Source of the DNA: Polymyxa betae A26-41
Taxonomy: Eukaryota; Protista; Endomyxa: Phytomyxea
Length of the DNA: 64,000 nt
Direction: 5' to 3'
Assembly (NCBI GenBank): GCA_003693705.1
Contig: RBZT01000527.1
Location: forward strand, 62,001 to 126,000
Shown here one piece after another: positions 45,537 to 60,086 of this stretch. How positions within the stretch are numbered: position 1 is the stretch's first letter; every line of letters starts with the position of its first letter. The position numbers were made by a program, and so were the translations under genes. A model generated the notes under the pieces. The model did no database searches. It was not told the origin of the DNA and saw only the letters and a list, made by a program, of their open reading frames with translations.

Positions 45537-46086
45537 TATGGTTAATAATGTTGCTGCAAAGATGAACGTGTCACCTCAAGTGATGCCAAAACTGTGTCCC
45601 AGAGGTCTGCTAGGTGAATACGAATGAAATATCACATAGATTCGGCACAGGTAGTTCGTCAGCAATAATCCGTACAACGACTAACGTCAGCAACATGTGG
45701 CTGAGTCTTTCTTAACGATAGGACAGCATTCCATTCACCTTGTTAGTCCTTGGCATGATGTGTATAGAAGCCTTGCAGTGTGACGTCGCTGAAACAGCAA
45801 TGGACACAGCCGATTTCTGACAACGAAAGCTGTTTTGATTTACAACTGGATTGCATCTATCCGACTACAGTAATGTGTTTGTACAATCGACATCAGTGAT
45901 TCTTCCAGATCACAATCACGTGTGTAGTCCTCAGGTGCAGTCCTACCTTCAAGCTGGCAGTGTATTGAAGCTATAATAGTGATTGTAAAGAACGCAGTTG
46001 ATGTGGTGACGGGGATGGGATTGAGCGCGGCCCTCTCCTGACATGTCATTAGATTTCATATTGAGGATTGCACTTCATCGGAGGCC

Positions 46087-49000
46087 ATGTCAAGCACACA
46101 ATATCAATATGTGGTGACAGCTCACAAGCCCACCATTGTTAACCAGGCCGTCGTCGCCGATTTTTGCTCACCTCGTAATCTGATCCTTGCTCGTTTGACT
46201 TGGTTGCAAGTATGGACCGCCAGCCGATCGGCCTTCTCCATGGATATTGACTATCCAGTTTATGGACGTATCGTGGTTCTACGATCATTTAGACCACGAT
46301 CTTCGTCTTTAGATTGGTTGTTTCTGATGACGGAGCGGTTACAGTTCTTTGTCATCGCCTATAACAAATCTACTGGCCGAATCGACACTAAAGCCAGCGG
46401 AGATGCTTCAGACAGAATTGGTCGCCTATCCGAATCCGGCATTAAAGGCTTGGTTGATCCAGGCTGCACAATGATTGCAATGCAAATATATGATGGGCTG
46501 TTAAAGGTCGTCCCCTTGAGCGATGGAGGGATAACATATGGCTCAGCGTATAATATGCGATTCGAAGAGTTGATCATTGTATCAATGACATTCCTTTCCG
46601 TGTCGCCGACAGGCGTTCCAACCTTGATTGTTCTGTTCGAAGACGCTCGGCGCCAGCGATTCGTTCGAACATACACTGTGGATATGGAGATGAAGGAGCT
46701 CAAACGCGGCCAATGGCCTGATGCGTCTGTTGATTTCAGCGCTGAACGAATTGAAGCTGTTCCGTCGCCACTCGGCGGCTATCTCGTCTTCACTAATAAT
46801 CAGATTATATATCGTAATGGCAATGTTGCACTTTCAACTGCCACTAGCGGGTCACCTGTGACTGCATTTGGGCGAGTTGATCAAGATGGGTCTCGCTCGC
46901 TGATTGGAGATGGTGATGGCTCTTTATTCGTGTTACAGCTCAAACAGCAAAATGATGTGGTCATCGGTATGGAGCTTGAACGTATTGGGCATGTGTCACA
47001 ACCTTCTACTCTTTCGTATATCGACAATGGATTCGTATTTATCGGATCGCTTTACGGTGACTCCATGCTGGTTCGACTAACTTCTGAACCTGACACCAAT
47101 GGAGAGTGAGCAATAATGGTTACTCATTTTTTTGCCGCTTATTCTGTTGGTAGGTTTGTGAGTGTTCAAGAGCTGTTTCCGAATCTTGGTCCTATTTGTG
47201 ATATGGCCGTTCTCAATATGGAACAGAGATGTGGGCAATGCCAGCTTATAACGTGCTCTGGTACATTCGGGGACGGATCTCTTCGAGTTGTCTGTAATGG
47301 TATTGGAATGCAAGTACATAGTACGGCATCTATAGCTGGATTTGAGAGTCTCTGGTCTGTTCGACCCTTTTACAAAGCCCGTCATCATCAACTTCTCGTT
47401 CAGTCATTTCCACGTGAAACCCGAGTCTTCGAAATTATTGAACCCAGCCATGATAATGGAGTCCTTGGTGAATACCATTTGATTGAGACTGCTGAAACTG
47501 GTTTGAACTATTCCCAGCAAACGCTCTTCTGCGGCAACATTTTGCCAGATTTCGTTGTGCAAGTCACTCCTTTCTCTGTTCGAACGATCTCTCCTCAGAC
47601 ATGGAAAACCGCTCATGAATGGACTCGTGATTCTCGAGAAGCGGATCCGCATAATGGCCCAATCTCACTGGGTACTGCTGCCGGAAACATTATTGTGGTC
47701 GTGCTTGACAATGCCGTTTTGCAGTATTTGTTAGTTGATAATAGTGGCGTCATTCAACCAGGCCCTCAACGCTTTTTTGAGGACGATATCTCATGCTTGA
47801 GCATTGAACCCCAGCACAAAATCATCACAGTTGGTTTTTGGTCGTCAGCTTCAGTTCGGGTATTATCTTTACCCAACTTCGAAACATTGGCTGAATCCAC
47901 AAGTTTCGGGGAGTTTAGCCTTCCACGCTCTGTTTCTCTAACTCGATTCACTCCAACTTCTCCTCTTTACCTAGTCTGCGGATTATCAGACGGTGTTGTC
48001 GTCAGTTATACAGTTGAAATCGTTGACAACAACCCAGCTGTTTTTCTTAAGGACGTTAGTCGGGTCATTGTCGGAACATATCCAGTCAATTTAACTAGCT
48101 TCAATGCACGATCAAAGACTTTTCTTTTTGTCCTGTGTGATCGCCCGAATCTGATTGGATACGGAGGTGTTGGTCAAGAGCATGATCTTATATTTACCAG
48201 CTGCAATGTCCAGAATGTGCTCTGTATGGCTCCTTTCAACATTCGTGGTGTTCCAACCTGTGTCATACTCGGTTCTGGAAACGACTTGACTGCTGGATTA
48301 CTGGATTCTTCTCAAAAGCTTCACATTCGGCAAGTTCCGCTTTATCAGCAACCCAGGCGTATTGTCCATCACCCCAGCTCACACTGCCTTCTCGTATGTA
48401 CCCTAGCGCTTGCAGATCAGTCTATGATTCCGTTAAAACCGGACGATCCCATTGAAATGCATTATATCAAACTCTTTGATGACCAAACTTTCCAAGAACT
48501 GCAATCGATTCAGTTGCAGCCATTCGAGAATGTAATTTCGGCGATTCTGGCACCTTTAGACGGACAAGATTATTTCGTCGTTGGAACCGGGTTTACGATA
48601 CCAGGGGATGAAGATGCACAATCAGGTCGTATTCTCGTCTATGCGATTGATGCAAAACGCAGACTACTGATTCTGGATTCTCAAAAATCTGTCAATGGAG
48701 GTGTTTATGCATTAAATGCATTTGCTGGAAAGATTCTCTCGACAGTGAACAGCATGATTTGCCTATGGTCTCGAGCTTCTGAACCGAGTGATGACGACGA
48801 GGACGATCTTTGCACCCGTACTCTTGTCTGTGAATGCTCCCGTTATGGGCACGTACTGTCCCTTTACCTGAAATCGTATGGCAACTACTTTATTGTTGGT
48901 GATTTATTGAAGAGTGTTTCCCTAATCGTCTACGATCCATCCGAGAACTGTATGCGGGAGATTGCACGTGATTATGACGCAAACTGGGCCTGCTGCATTG

Positions 49001-49563
49001 AAATGCTAAACGAAAGCATCTATCTCTGTGCTAACAACTCTTACAACTTGTTAACCATGACAAGAAACGTGGTAGCCCTGGATGAAGAAGAGCGTTCAAG
49101 ACTGGAGGTTCCAGGTCGTTTCCATTTGGGGGAGCTCGTGAACGTTATGCATCACGGCTCTTTAGTCGCTACACAGAATTTAGAGATTCACCCACAAGTG
49201 ATATTCGGGACTACAAGTGGAATGATCGGTGTAATGGCATCGTTGACCGAGAAACAGTTTGCTGTCTTATTGAAACTACAATCAACGTTGCAGCGCGAAC
49301 TCAAGAGTTTGGGAAGCCTTTCGCACTCGGTTTGGAGGTCATACCACAATATGGAAGGAATTGTAGAGACTCTGGAGTCAAGAAATTTCATTGACGGCGA
49401 CTTAATTGAACGCTTTGAGACTCTGAACCCGAAAAGACAACAAAAGGTAATTGTTCTCCTAAACCACTGCATATTTTATTCATTTTTGCAGATCGCACAA
49501 GAGATCGACATGCCACTTGACAAGTTGCTTCATCAGATTCAGCGCCTTCAATTAATCTACTAA
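46087..49563 (+). CDS. DDB1: DNA damage-binding protein 1 (CUL4 adaptor), 2 introns
   Basis: YVVTAHKPT, YGRI, FIGSLYGDSML, NLGPICDM, QKLHIR, VGDLLKSV, FHLGELVN, FIDGDLIE. Confidence 0.97.
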
Positions 49564-49628
49564 TTATATACTGACATCTGTACTAACCGATAATATAGAA
49601 TGTATCCAAACAATTTATTCAATTGTAC

Positions 49629-50020
49629 TCAATGGTGGTCATCGGATTCATGAACGAAACGAGCTCCACAGTATTTGCAGGTCTCGATCTTATTCGGCTC
49701 TCGAGTATCCAACTGTAAATCTCACCGTTAGAGAATGAATCATCATCGAAAACACTTACCATAATGTATTCAACAGGATGGCCTAATGGACCACCGCCAC
49801 CGTCGCATACAGCAACATATGCTTTGACTTTAACCGGTGGAACTTGGTCAATCAGGTCGATGGCAGGTTTTGGACGTAGCCTTTGGTCTTCACCAGACAG
49901 CTTGCGCCCCGCGCCACTATTGCTGCTGTCGTTGGTGACGAAGCGAATGGCCCGGCTGCTGATCAGTGGGCGACATGATGGAAGTAGACGACAGATAGTA
50001 GTGGAGCGAATGCCTCTCAT
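49629..50020 (-). CDS. NDUFS6: Complex I 13-kDa zinc-finger subunit
   Basis: AIDLIDQVPP, CDGGGGPLGHPVEYI|LD...CKYCGARF. Confidence 0.93.
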
Positions 50021-50359
50021 GGTTGGAAGTTGGGCTGATCGCCCAAATAACGGGCAGGTCACCTTATCGTAATAAGGTCCTTTGTAATCTGTAGGTACAG
50101 ACAGTATGACACATTTAATTCGGACTAATGATTATGTTGTCAGACCAACATTGATGATTCTTTTCCGCTTTTTACTACATTAGTCATCGTATACACTGAT
50201 AGTTCGTTAGCTGACATCAACTATAAAGCAATTGGGGTTTCTTGTGCTTGATATCCATTTCTCTGGATTAGGGTTTTAGGGTTTACAGTATCCTGTGACC
50301 GCTCTTTTCACTGTCGATGCCGTAACGAAAACGTGTTTTCGTATTCGAGCTTCGAGGAG

Positions 50360-52640
50360 ATGGAACTTGAGGATATTCAATTTTTCTATAACAGATATCC
50401 TCAATACAAGGTCCATCAATCATATAGCTGGTATCAATGTCAGACGTGGTTCATCTAGGAGGCATTACGATTAGTCACTACTGATGGATCAGCTACAGAT
50501 ATCGAAGAGAAGAGACATCAAGCTCGAGAAATCCTGGTAAAGTCGTCTTTCACAATACCGATGTCGATCTGAATTTTTACAGACAGGGATTTTGACAGAT
50601 TCGGAAGCGTCCTCGAATTCGTTATGGACTGCTATTGTCAAATCAGCTATCGGCTGTGTTCTGATCGCTTTTGTAAGGAACGATTTTTTCTAGAATTTGT
50701 GCAATGTTTACATATAATTGTTAGGAACATATGGGTGAAGGTGAGAGAATTCTTGTTGAAACCATTCCCCTTTTAGAGCAATACCAACACATTACATGCT
50801 TGCAATTAATTCAAAGGTATTTACGAATATGCTTTGAAACTTATACTGATGTCCTATTCAGTCTGAATACATTAGCTGTTGTACATTATCAGAGAGGAGA
50901 TATTGATACAGCTACACAATACTTGGAGAGGGCTGAGGCTTTATGTTCTCAACATACAGGCGAGGGCCAGTCTGACCCTGATCGCAACGAGATCGATCAT
51001 TGCAATACTCAGACTGTCTTTCTGCTAGCACAGGTCGCTTCTATGTCCTGATTCTGATCAGTTCAATATCTCATCTAAATTCTAACAGATTTATAGTCAA
51101 TCTTGCGAATCAGACAAAGCAGCATTCTATTGTCATAAGACGCTACAACAGCAAATCTCATTTAGGGACTCAAACACTGATTTCGATTCCTTTGTGCGAC
51201 CATCATCGTCATCACATTCAATGCCTCATTCATCGAACCTTTTAGGAATGGGCATCCAACTGCATTAAACTATCTGCCTTCTATGTTAATAACAACAGAT
51301 TACGTCAAGCCAGGTACTGCATCGATGTAGCGCTGGCGATCTTACCGGAGGGCCAGTACGTTTCATGGGGAACTGTGCTTTGGCCTGTGTCAATTACGTT
51401 TAGGTCTGAGAAAGATGTGTTTATCAAGGCCGATATTCATTGTGCTTTTGCCGAAGTTTATAGTCGTTGGCTGCATCTGTAATGAAGACATTCTGATGAG
51501 TTCAATATTGACATTTGATTGGTGATATCAGGTCGGGTGATCTATACCAGGGCGAACATCAACAATCAGACACCGACTTCCGCCTTAATAATACCATTGA
51601 CGAATTTGTATCTGTATCTGTCCAGATTCCAGCCTGTCTTCAAATTGCTCAGACTTTAAAAGACGTAACAATCTCACTTCCTTCGTGTTCAAGTATTGAC
51701 AGACTTTCTGATAGGCTCAGACCATCTTCCGTGAAGGACATCTGCATTTTCAATCTGCTTTGAAGGTTTACACTCTGGATGGATTTGTTACAGATCATGT
51801 CGTTCTTCTACAGGTTCGGAAATGATGGGACTTTTGTATCTAATAACATGCTGTATAGAAAGCCAGTGCGCTGCTGAAAGATCTCATCGTTTTCAGTTCT
51901 GATCATTCACATATATGGTATTGTTTTAGTCAGATCAGGTGTTCTTATTATACTCATTTCGTTATGTAGCAAATTACATAAACGACGAATTGATTTGCTG
52001 GAATCTGTAACTGGCAAATTGAATCCGAAGATTTACACCGCATTCGTCCGCCAATTGCTTTACGAATTAGCAGAATGTTATTCTGATATGGCAGATTCCA
52101 AGGTGAAATGTTTCGTACATGTTGTTTGAAGTCGTTATTTGAACTCTGCAGCTTGAACAGATCAATCAGGAATCTGCTCAATGTAAAGCCTCGAGGTTCA
52201 AGAAGGTTAACCTTCTGTAAGGATGATGTGAAGCAGGAATCACCATCATCTTTATCTAATTCATTTACAGAACCGCTAAATCGATCCAATACTTCAGACA
52301 GTTCATATCGTCCCTGACAGAACATGGATCCAGTGAAGTTGATTCTGGTTCCATCCATACTTTTCTGAAAGCTAAATTCCAAGTTGCCAGATTGTAAAAC
52401 TCGATTTATTGTCGTGCGTCGCTTTTAATTCGTTTGTTACATAGGCATTCTAGATTCATTCATTCTGATAACGAGCCACGAGTCGCTTCCTTAAAGTCCA
52501 GCCTGCATGAATATGAAGAAATCATCAGTTTGTGTAGGAAGAGACCCGTTGATGAGTTCAAAGAAGAACTCCACATTTGTCAGGAAATGTGTTCTCTGCT
52601 TCCGCTCAAGATCCAATCTCTTCTGTCCTCTGATCAGTAA
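50360..52640 (+). CDS. KIFBP: KIF-binding protein (KBP/KIAA1279), TPR-like, many introns
   Basis: EWASNCIKLSAFY, YTLDGFVTDHV, RRIDLLE..LNPKIY..RQLLYELAECYSDM, EELHICQEMCSLLPLKI. Confidence 0.85.
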
Positions 52641-53654
52641 TACATCAATTGAAATTGTTTTACCTGAAACATTCGCAGTTCCTTTTGAGTTCTCAATTGC
52701 CTGATCTTGATCGTCCCTCTTGTGGCTTTCAGCAACTGATTCGTCAATGATCACAATTGAAAGCTGCTGCAGGGAAGTGCTCAGGAAACGGGAAATGTAC
52801 GAATACACGTTTAGTTTCCGATCGTTCTTGAACACCTCCCAACAGCAGCGTTCAATTTTGACCAACAACGTTGTAATCGATACTGAAGCCGTGATAACTA
52901 TATGGAAATGATCAGATATCGGCTCGGCGATATCGATTTCACTGTCGAAAGGGGGTCGAGGTCGGATCGATCGTACCTGGTCGATCAAGAACACGAGAAC
53001 CACTGGGCAATCTAGAAACAGAAACTGGAAGATCTGGTTTTGGGGGCGATCCAATCCACTCAGAAGTCGTATCGACCCAGCGTATCTACTTCAATATCCA
53101 TGTATGGATGAGGCTGTTCTCAATTCTTGTCATCCGATGTCTGAACAGCTTGCTTTAGGTACGACATTGGTTTCTAGAAGTTCTGATTCGTTGATGCCGT
53201 TTACCAGAACGTCGACACAATGTAATCGACACATTTTGGATAGATTATGCTCAGAGATTATAAACAACCATTTTAAACAATACGACCCATTACTGACGCT
53301 CGGCTCCTGGATTGAAACTTCTATGATGTGATCAGGATATATCATGCCGACTAGAAGCAATGGGGCTCGCCTTCTTCGCTTCCGTTTACCAAAGAACTTT
53401 CAGCTAGATTCGTCAACGGTTTTATCGTTGGCCTTTGTCAATTCGACCTTCCAGGGAAGGCAGTGTGCCACCACATTCGCTACATTCACCATTAAGGATA
53501 TTCAGAAACCAAACGATAGCTATTTAAGAATTCGTTAAGAAGAATGGATCTGTGTCATCGACCCGCGATAATTCAATATTCGATAGCACGGAGGTCAAAG
53601 ATCGAAAAATGTGTAGTTGGCTTTTATTATATTCTATGATGTTATTACCAGAAT

Positions 53655-56600
53655 TTACAGCTGCTTGCTTCCGAAAATCGGAGCTAGTTTAATACGATCA
53701 TGCTTTATATTATCTGTAGACATGGATCTCCTCATCTCATGATACGCAGCCATGTTGAACATTCGAATGCCATTAGTGTACAGCTGCTTCGACCGGGATT
53801 CAATATGGTGGGGTTGCAGAGAGGCATGAGGACAATTATATCTGCTCGAATCCGCCCAGAATACACCAGTTCCATCAAACGTTTGCGGTTTCAGGGGAAT
53901 AGATTTGTTAGAGATCGATCTCTGCAGCTTAACAATCACTCTATCGGCAGTACAGCCTCCTGGATCAAATTCAACGAAAGATCGGGAATTATAAGGCGCC
54001 TTTTCTGGTTCCATTGTGGATAATTCCCCTTCTGTGGTTGGAAACCGGCTCCAATGCTCGTTTTGAAGCCGATTTAGCAAATTATTTTCAAGATGGGATA
54101 GCTCCCGACCAACGGCATCGTATGAGGGCTGCTGCTGATGATAGTCTGAATAAGAAGCTTTAATTATTAAAAGGAAAAACGCCCGTTCTCAACTTACAAG
54201 ATATTGTGTCTTCAACCAAATGAATCTGCATTAGGATTTTCTTATATGTTATCAACGCTTCAATGCTGAAATTCGCTTGGATCAACGAATCAATTAGATC
54301 AGCATAGTCTTGTAGCAGCGCAACTTGAACAGATATCGGAGCCAATCCATTGTATTGCTGGAAAATCGTGCTGATTTGATCAAATCCCAGTGGAGATGAT
54401 TTGAACCAAGACCAATGGTCAGAAACCACTTTGGACAAGCTAAGACATTGTGGTGATAGCGTTGATGTCGGAGCAGATACTGATTGGTATATTATGGGAA
54501 ATTCTGGATCTGAGCAGCATTTAGATAATGGTGTTAGTGCTGATATAAATTTCGACAAAGAAATTGGGTCAGAGAGGGCATCAGCAACGGCTTGTTCGAC
54601 CTACGTATGTAATCAGATTATCATGTTCCTCTTCAAATTTGAAAGCCTCACTTGTTTAAGAGTCGCTGATCTGAACATAATGACTAGTATTTTAATCAGC
54701 AGGGGACGGTGCCAAAAGATATTGGAAGGCGGCTCTCGATTGAGTCCCATGTGAGCAAATATTCGATGGGCAGTATTGCGAAATTTTATATTGAGAGAGT
54801 GCTGTTTCTGGATACAGAATTTAAAAAATGAATGCATTCCAATTACATTTTCTAGCGTGGCAAGTGCCTGCATTTCTTGCTCCAGCAAGGCCAGGCCGTA
54901 ATGCGAAAAAACAGGAAAGAAGCTCCCTAAAGCTGATAAAAAATGATTTTGTCGTATGTAACGGGTTTCGCCCAGACGATACAGATCAAGCATATCTTCC
55001 GGCGTAACATTCCAGATCGGTGATGACAGTGCAGATTCACGATGATGAATGTACAAAGTGACTAGGGCCACGGTGTCATCAGCAAAAGCATTGTCGTAGA
55101 ACATCTTGAATAAAGCCACTTCTGGCAAATGACGAGAAAATCGTGTAACAGCCATGTAGAGATCTTGGCAGATTGATTGTACCAGAATGTCTATACCGAA
55201 GTTTACAGGGATATACTGTTGAATGATAAATTCATTCAGTGAAAGGATAGGTAATGCACAGCGTTTACGCCTTATGTCAACGTCGAGTTTGCTTTGGTAT
55301 ATATGGTTGATCCGACGAAGCAGAGATCTCTTATGGAATGCCCGAGTGGACAGTTGATTCTGTACGATCCCAGGCGGCAATATAACACGATGCCTCCTTG
55401 GCTTCCGTTTACTGTCAAAGCTGCTGTCGGAATCGTTATCGCTTTCATCATCATGGCGCATAATCGTGGTCAAGTGTTCGTTTTCGAGATGCGTTTTCAA
55501 ATTATTCTCGGAAGGCGTTTCACCTTCACTTAATGATTCATCAATCAAGTCATTCTTACGAGTATATTTGTGCTGGCCAATAACCGAATTCTTGGACTTT
55601 TTACCAGTTGCCAAGCCCCCAGCCACAGATACTGATTTCGATTGAAAGTCATTATCTGGTGAGCATTTTTCATGAAAATTATATTGCGCTTGACTCGTTT
55701 CAACAATCGAGGATCCGGAGTTCATCCTGGGAGATCGCCTGTTGGATTGTTCGTTATCGCTTAATTCCGGATTGTGATGACGATTATCAATATCTGACTG
55801 AGATAATTCGGATTCCGAATCTGAGTCATCCGACCATTCGCCGTTAATATCTCCTGGAACAGCCGTAACGCTGGCAGATAAATATGAACCAGAAGCAAGT
55901 TGATTGTTGTCATTTGCAATGCGCTCATGTTCTTCAGTTAGCATCTTCTGGACCCAATCATGACGATTTTTTGCACTTTTTGTGGGCTTTCTTTTCACGC
56001 GTACTGGTTTTGGATCATCTTGAAGTTCTGGATGTGGCATTGAAACAAGCTGGTCGCCTTGGTTTTGATGTGATTTCGTCTCACTGACTCGAACTTCAGA
56101 CGATCCGTTTGAGCAGGCCGGTTCCGAATTTTGAGCATCGTCCACAGCAACATCATCCCCATTAATGCTGTAATCTATGCCCTTTTTAGACTTTGTTTTC
56201 CCTCGCTTATTCCCAGACTTGAGTTTCTTCTTCATATTAACCTTCGTGGGCTGATCAGCATCTCTCTTCTGACTGCGATCCCCGCTATCCAGATTCGATT
56301 CGTCATCGCTTCTTATCCCGATCTGATTCAGACCGCTAAGAGCCCTGCTCTCACTTGATCTTGTAGGTTTAAACGTGTTAATGGAAGCCTGGCTTGCTGG
56401 TTGACCCAGGATTGATTGTCCTGCCTTGTTCATTCCAAAAACAGATGCATGTCTTTCAGCCTCGACCTTTTTGCTCACATAATCTGGGGAGGTTTCCGAG
56501 AAACTGTCATCATTGCGTTGAACAGGCAATCCATATCCTCCTTTTACTGACTCAAAGCCGATCTCTGTATCCCGGTCGTCATTTATTTCGGTAGGCTTTG

Positions 56601-58991
56601 GAAGATTTCGCCGCAAATCTGGAATCTCTTTAATCGTTCTCATCTGAGCAGCTTCATGTGCGCTTTTAACCGGGTCATGCTTCTTTTTTGACATTTTCTT
56701 GTGCTTTTTGGGATTTAGCGAACCATTCGATGCCAGATGTTGCTGGTTGAGAGCATCCTGGTCGTCCGTTTCAACATTATAACTTGCTTCAAGCTCGGAA
56801 TACATGGGTAATGTTTGAGTACCCTCGACGTCATTCTTGTTTTGAGAGGAGGCATAATCTTGGGGTTCGTTGTTGCTTCGAATATCCTCGGAGAATAAAC
56901 CTTGGTGAATGGTTTCTGATGTTGGCGGAATTACTGTATGTTTGACCGATTTTCGCTGTTCTTGAACAATATCCGTTTTAGGTCGTTCAGTATCAGAATG
57001 TTGCCTATCTGAGCTTCGGAATTGTCGCTCCTTATCAGGCTTGGATTCTATAAAAGTATCTTCTTTGGTATAGTGGACGATTTGTGAAGACCCTTTCGGT
57101 GACAGATCCTCAGTGACTTCGATATTGTTTGAAGTTGGCCGAAGATCTTCGCCTTTGTTGATGAAATTAGCGGGAGTCCTCTTTGGGACATGATCAGTCT
57201 TGGTTGCTGGAGATCTGACATTTTCAGTTATCAAGGCTTGTTTCATATCAAGTTGAAGTTGTAATTTTTGCGTCGACTGCTTTAGATTTGTGATCGTTGA
57301 ACTCGCTCTGCCCAGCTCTTCCGTCAGCTCTTTGATGCGTTGCTGAGATTCTGCCTTTTGGATACCGAACGCATCTGAAACGTTTTTGAGCTCAATCAGC
57401 GCTTTTTCCAGTCTTTCTTGTAAAGAAGCAATCAGTGTATTCGCCGCTTCTAAAGCTGAGTTGGCCGATACCGGCGCCGGTTTGGGAGTCGCCTTGCCCT
57501 GGTTCTTAACTTTACCTAGTAGAGATAAAGTAGAAGACAGAGATTGCGAAGTGAGTTGAGAAGATGGTAATGATGCTGGCTCGACTGTGTTCGAAGCGTA
57601 AACTACTGAGATGTGGGCCTTATTGAGTGTAATGACATGATTGAAGGAGGCCAAGACACAACTAGCCAGTTCAGGGGTGCCCATTTCTATCAGTACATTA
57701 TCACCACAAGCACGTTTATATTTCATACCCCCTATACACAGGATCTGTTTCTCTAGTACAGACCATTCTTCATCTGATTCTGATAGACCACTGATCAGAA
57801 TCTTCGAGCTAGGGTATTCGCTGGCGAAGTCGCATCGGCCCCAGCTCGAGAGTATGACACGGCTAGATTTGGCTTCATCGATCGAGTTGAATTCCAGAAA
57901 GATGGCGCGGTAAGTGCCCCGATATTGATGAACTACGATCATGTTTGTTCGCCTGGCGATTTTCAATCCAGCGAATGCAGAGCTCACTGAGAAGGAATCG
58001 TTCAGATCCCAGAGTAATAATGTACGAGTTGAGTTTCCACTCAGAACATGCTCATGGAGAGGTCGTCCAATCACACTCTCTAATAGATTATGCTCATCTT
58101 CATACATCACGAGGGTCCGTCCGTAATTTGCTTTAAGCTCGTCTCGTTCATGCTCGGCGCCAACCAATCGGTCAAGAAACGCTGCCTGATCGGTTTTATA
58201 TCGCCTCCGAACATCATCCAATGTGGCGTTAGCAATGTGGCGCTGGCGTATTTCCTCCTCTAGCAACCTTTGGCGATCCTCACATTGAATGCGAATTGCA
58301 TCACGTTCGGCCTCGGTATTGAAAAGGCGTTTTGCAAGATCGGCAACCTTTTGTTGGGATATCGCCAGAGAACGGGCAGACGTCGAATTGGCCTCCAGTG
58401 TTCGTTGGAGCCGATGTAGACATTCAGTATTTGCTTTGTCGGCACGATTCCAGAGATTCAATAAAAGGTGGCCACGATCGTTGCAAACAACTCGAACTTG
58501 CCTAAAAAGCATATCAAAAGCCGTTCTCTAAGGCAAATGTGCACTAACTCGATAGCTTGACGAGCGACCAAGTCAGAAAATGATAATTGCTCTTGGATCA
58601 TCTTTATCCAGTTTTCGTCGTTATGATTTTGGTTTCCGTGCTGTGCTTCAGTTTCTACTAGAAACCGTTCATAGGATTCTCTTAGAACTTTAGCTCCCAC
58701 TCGAGAAGCCGGTCTGGATGCACGCCCTGGCACATCTTTGTAATCGATTAGATATGACACATCAGTATCTCCAGTATGTAGATTCATTGTCGATGATGAT
58801 TTCTTGAAACGGTGATGCCGATGATTGGGAAAGTTCTGAGCGCCTCTTCTGATAGCAGCTATATCAACATCACGTAACCATTGTTGAAGGATATCGCTTG
58901 AGCTATTCAGATCTTCTTCTTCTGGTTTTGAGTCACTGTCATCTGGTTGGACTTCAGACAGTTTGTTTGCTTTATCGCTATCTGATTCCAT
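53655..58991 (-). CDS. Very large protein: axonemal dynein light chain (p28/AXDND1)-like motif, coiled coil, two degenerate RRM-like domains, long disordered region, helical C-terminal domain
   Basis: Spliced AIEQVRVVCNDRGHLLLNLW resembles LIRQVT..C.ERG.LL. Three GT-AG introns join the four ORFs in frame. Confidence 0.6.
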
Positions 58992-59180
58992 CAGAAGTCG
59001 CCCCTAATGGCATCCAATGCCGTTTTACAAAGAACATGCAATACCCATAAAGGTACGGTCGAGTATTTTCCTGAAACCATTCTAAACATAAACATTGGTA
59101 AACGTTAACATGATGATAAGAATGTTTACGGCCATCAGATCTACCCGCCTATCCGCATTGTCATCTCTCCACTTGTCTCC

Positions 59181-60023
59181 ATGTCGATGGAGCCGATCAA
59201 TGGCACATGCCTGTTCATTGGTGCTGGTCAGATGGCCACCGCCTTAATCGGCGGTTTCTTGCAAAGCGGCATGCTAACAGCTGGCCAAATTACAGCTGTC
59301 GATCCAAACCCTTCGTGTCGAGCTGCAGTTCTTAACAGATTTGCGGTTCAAGTCTCTGACAGTGCTGGAATTTCAGCTCCTGACATTGTGTTTATTTGTG
59401 TGAAGCCAAAAGACGTACCAGAGGCTCTGCGTTCAATCAAATTAGACGCGAATCCGCTTGTTGTATCAATTGCTGCTGGCGTCACTATTGCTTCTATTGA
59501 GTCTGGGCTTGCAACTGGACGCGATCCCTCCAATGTTAAACTTGCCCGAGTAATTAGGATAATGCCAAATACGCCTTGTTTGGTTGGGGCTGCAGCTTCT
59601 GGAATTAGCGCTGGACATCACGCCTCCCAAGAAGATGTCGATCTTATATTACGGCTGATGTCGTCTGTTGGCAAAGCGATTGTCGTGCCTGAATCGAACC
59701 TGGACGCCGTCACTGGTCTCAGCGGTTCGGGGCCTGCTTATGTGTTTACAATGATCGAAGCTCTCTCCGATGGAGGTGTGGCTGCAGGGCTGAACCGAGA
59801 CCAGGCCCAGGTATTAGCAGCACAAACAGTTTTAGGAGCTGCGAAAATGGTGCTGGAGACAGGCAAACACCCTGGCCAGCTCAAAGATGCTGTTGCTAGC
59901 CCCGCTGGAACGACTATCGCTGGATTGATTGAGCTGGAGAGGAAAGGATTTCGTGCTGCTCTTATCGATGCTGTTCTGGCGGCCTCCAGTAGAGCTCATT
60001 GTCTCTCAAAACCTAAGCAGTAA
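59181..60023 (+). CDS. PYCR: Pyrroline-5-carboxylate reductase, intronless
   Basis: FIGAGQMA, VSIAAGVT, RIMPNTP, GLSGSGPAY, SPAGTTIAG. Confidence 0.97.
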   Translation: MSMEPINGTCLFIGAGQMATALIGGFLQSGMLTAGQITAVDPNPSCRAAVLNRFAVQVSDSAGISAPDIVFICVKPKDVPEALRSIKLDANPLVVSIAAGVTIASIESGLATGRDPSNVKLARVIRIMPNTPCLVGAAASGISAGHHASQEDVDLILRLMSSVGKAIVVPESNLDAVTGLSGSGPAYVFTMIEALSDGGVAAGLNRDQAQVLAAQTVLGAAKMVLETGKHPGQLKDAVASPAGTTIAGLIELERKGFRAALIDAVLAASSRAHCLSKPKQ

Positions 60024-60086
60024 TTGTCTCAGATACAAAAGTTTTCTATATGCTTTTCAAACGTCTTCCAGGCAAGATTTGAGGGT

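Noticed and set aside
52650-53600. Possible additional gene between KBP and the large minus-strand gene
   Set aside because: Several splice solutions exist on both strands and none yields a convincing protein; unresolved without RNA-seq.
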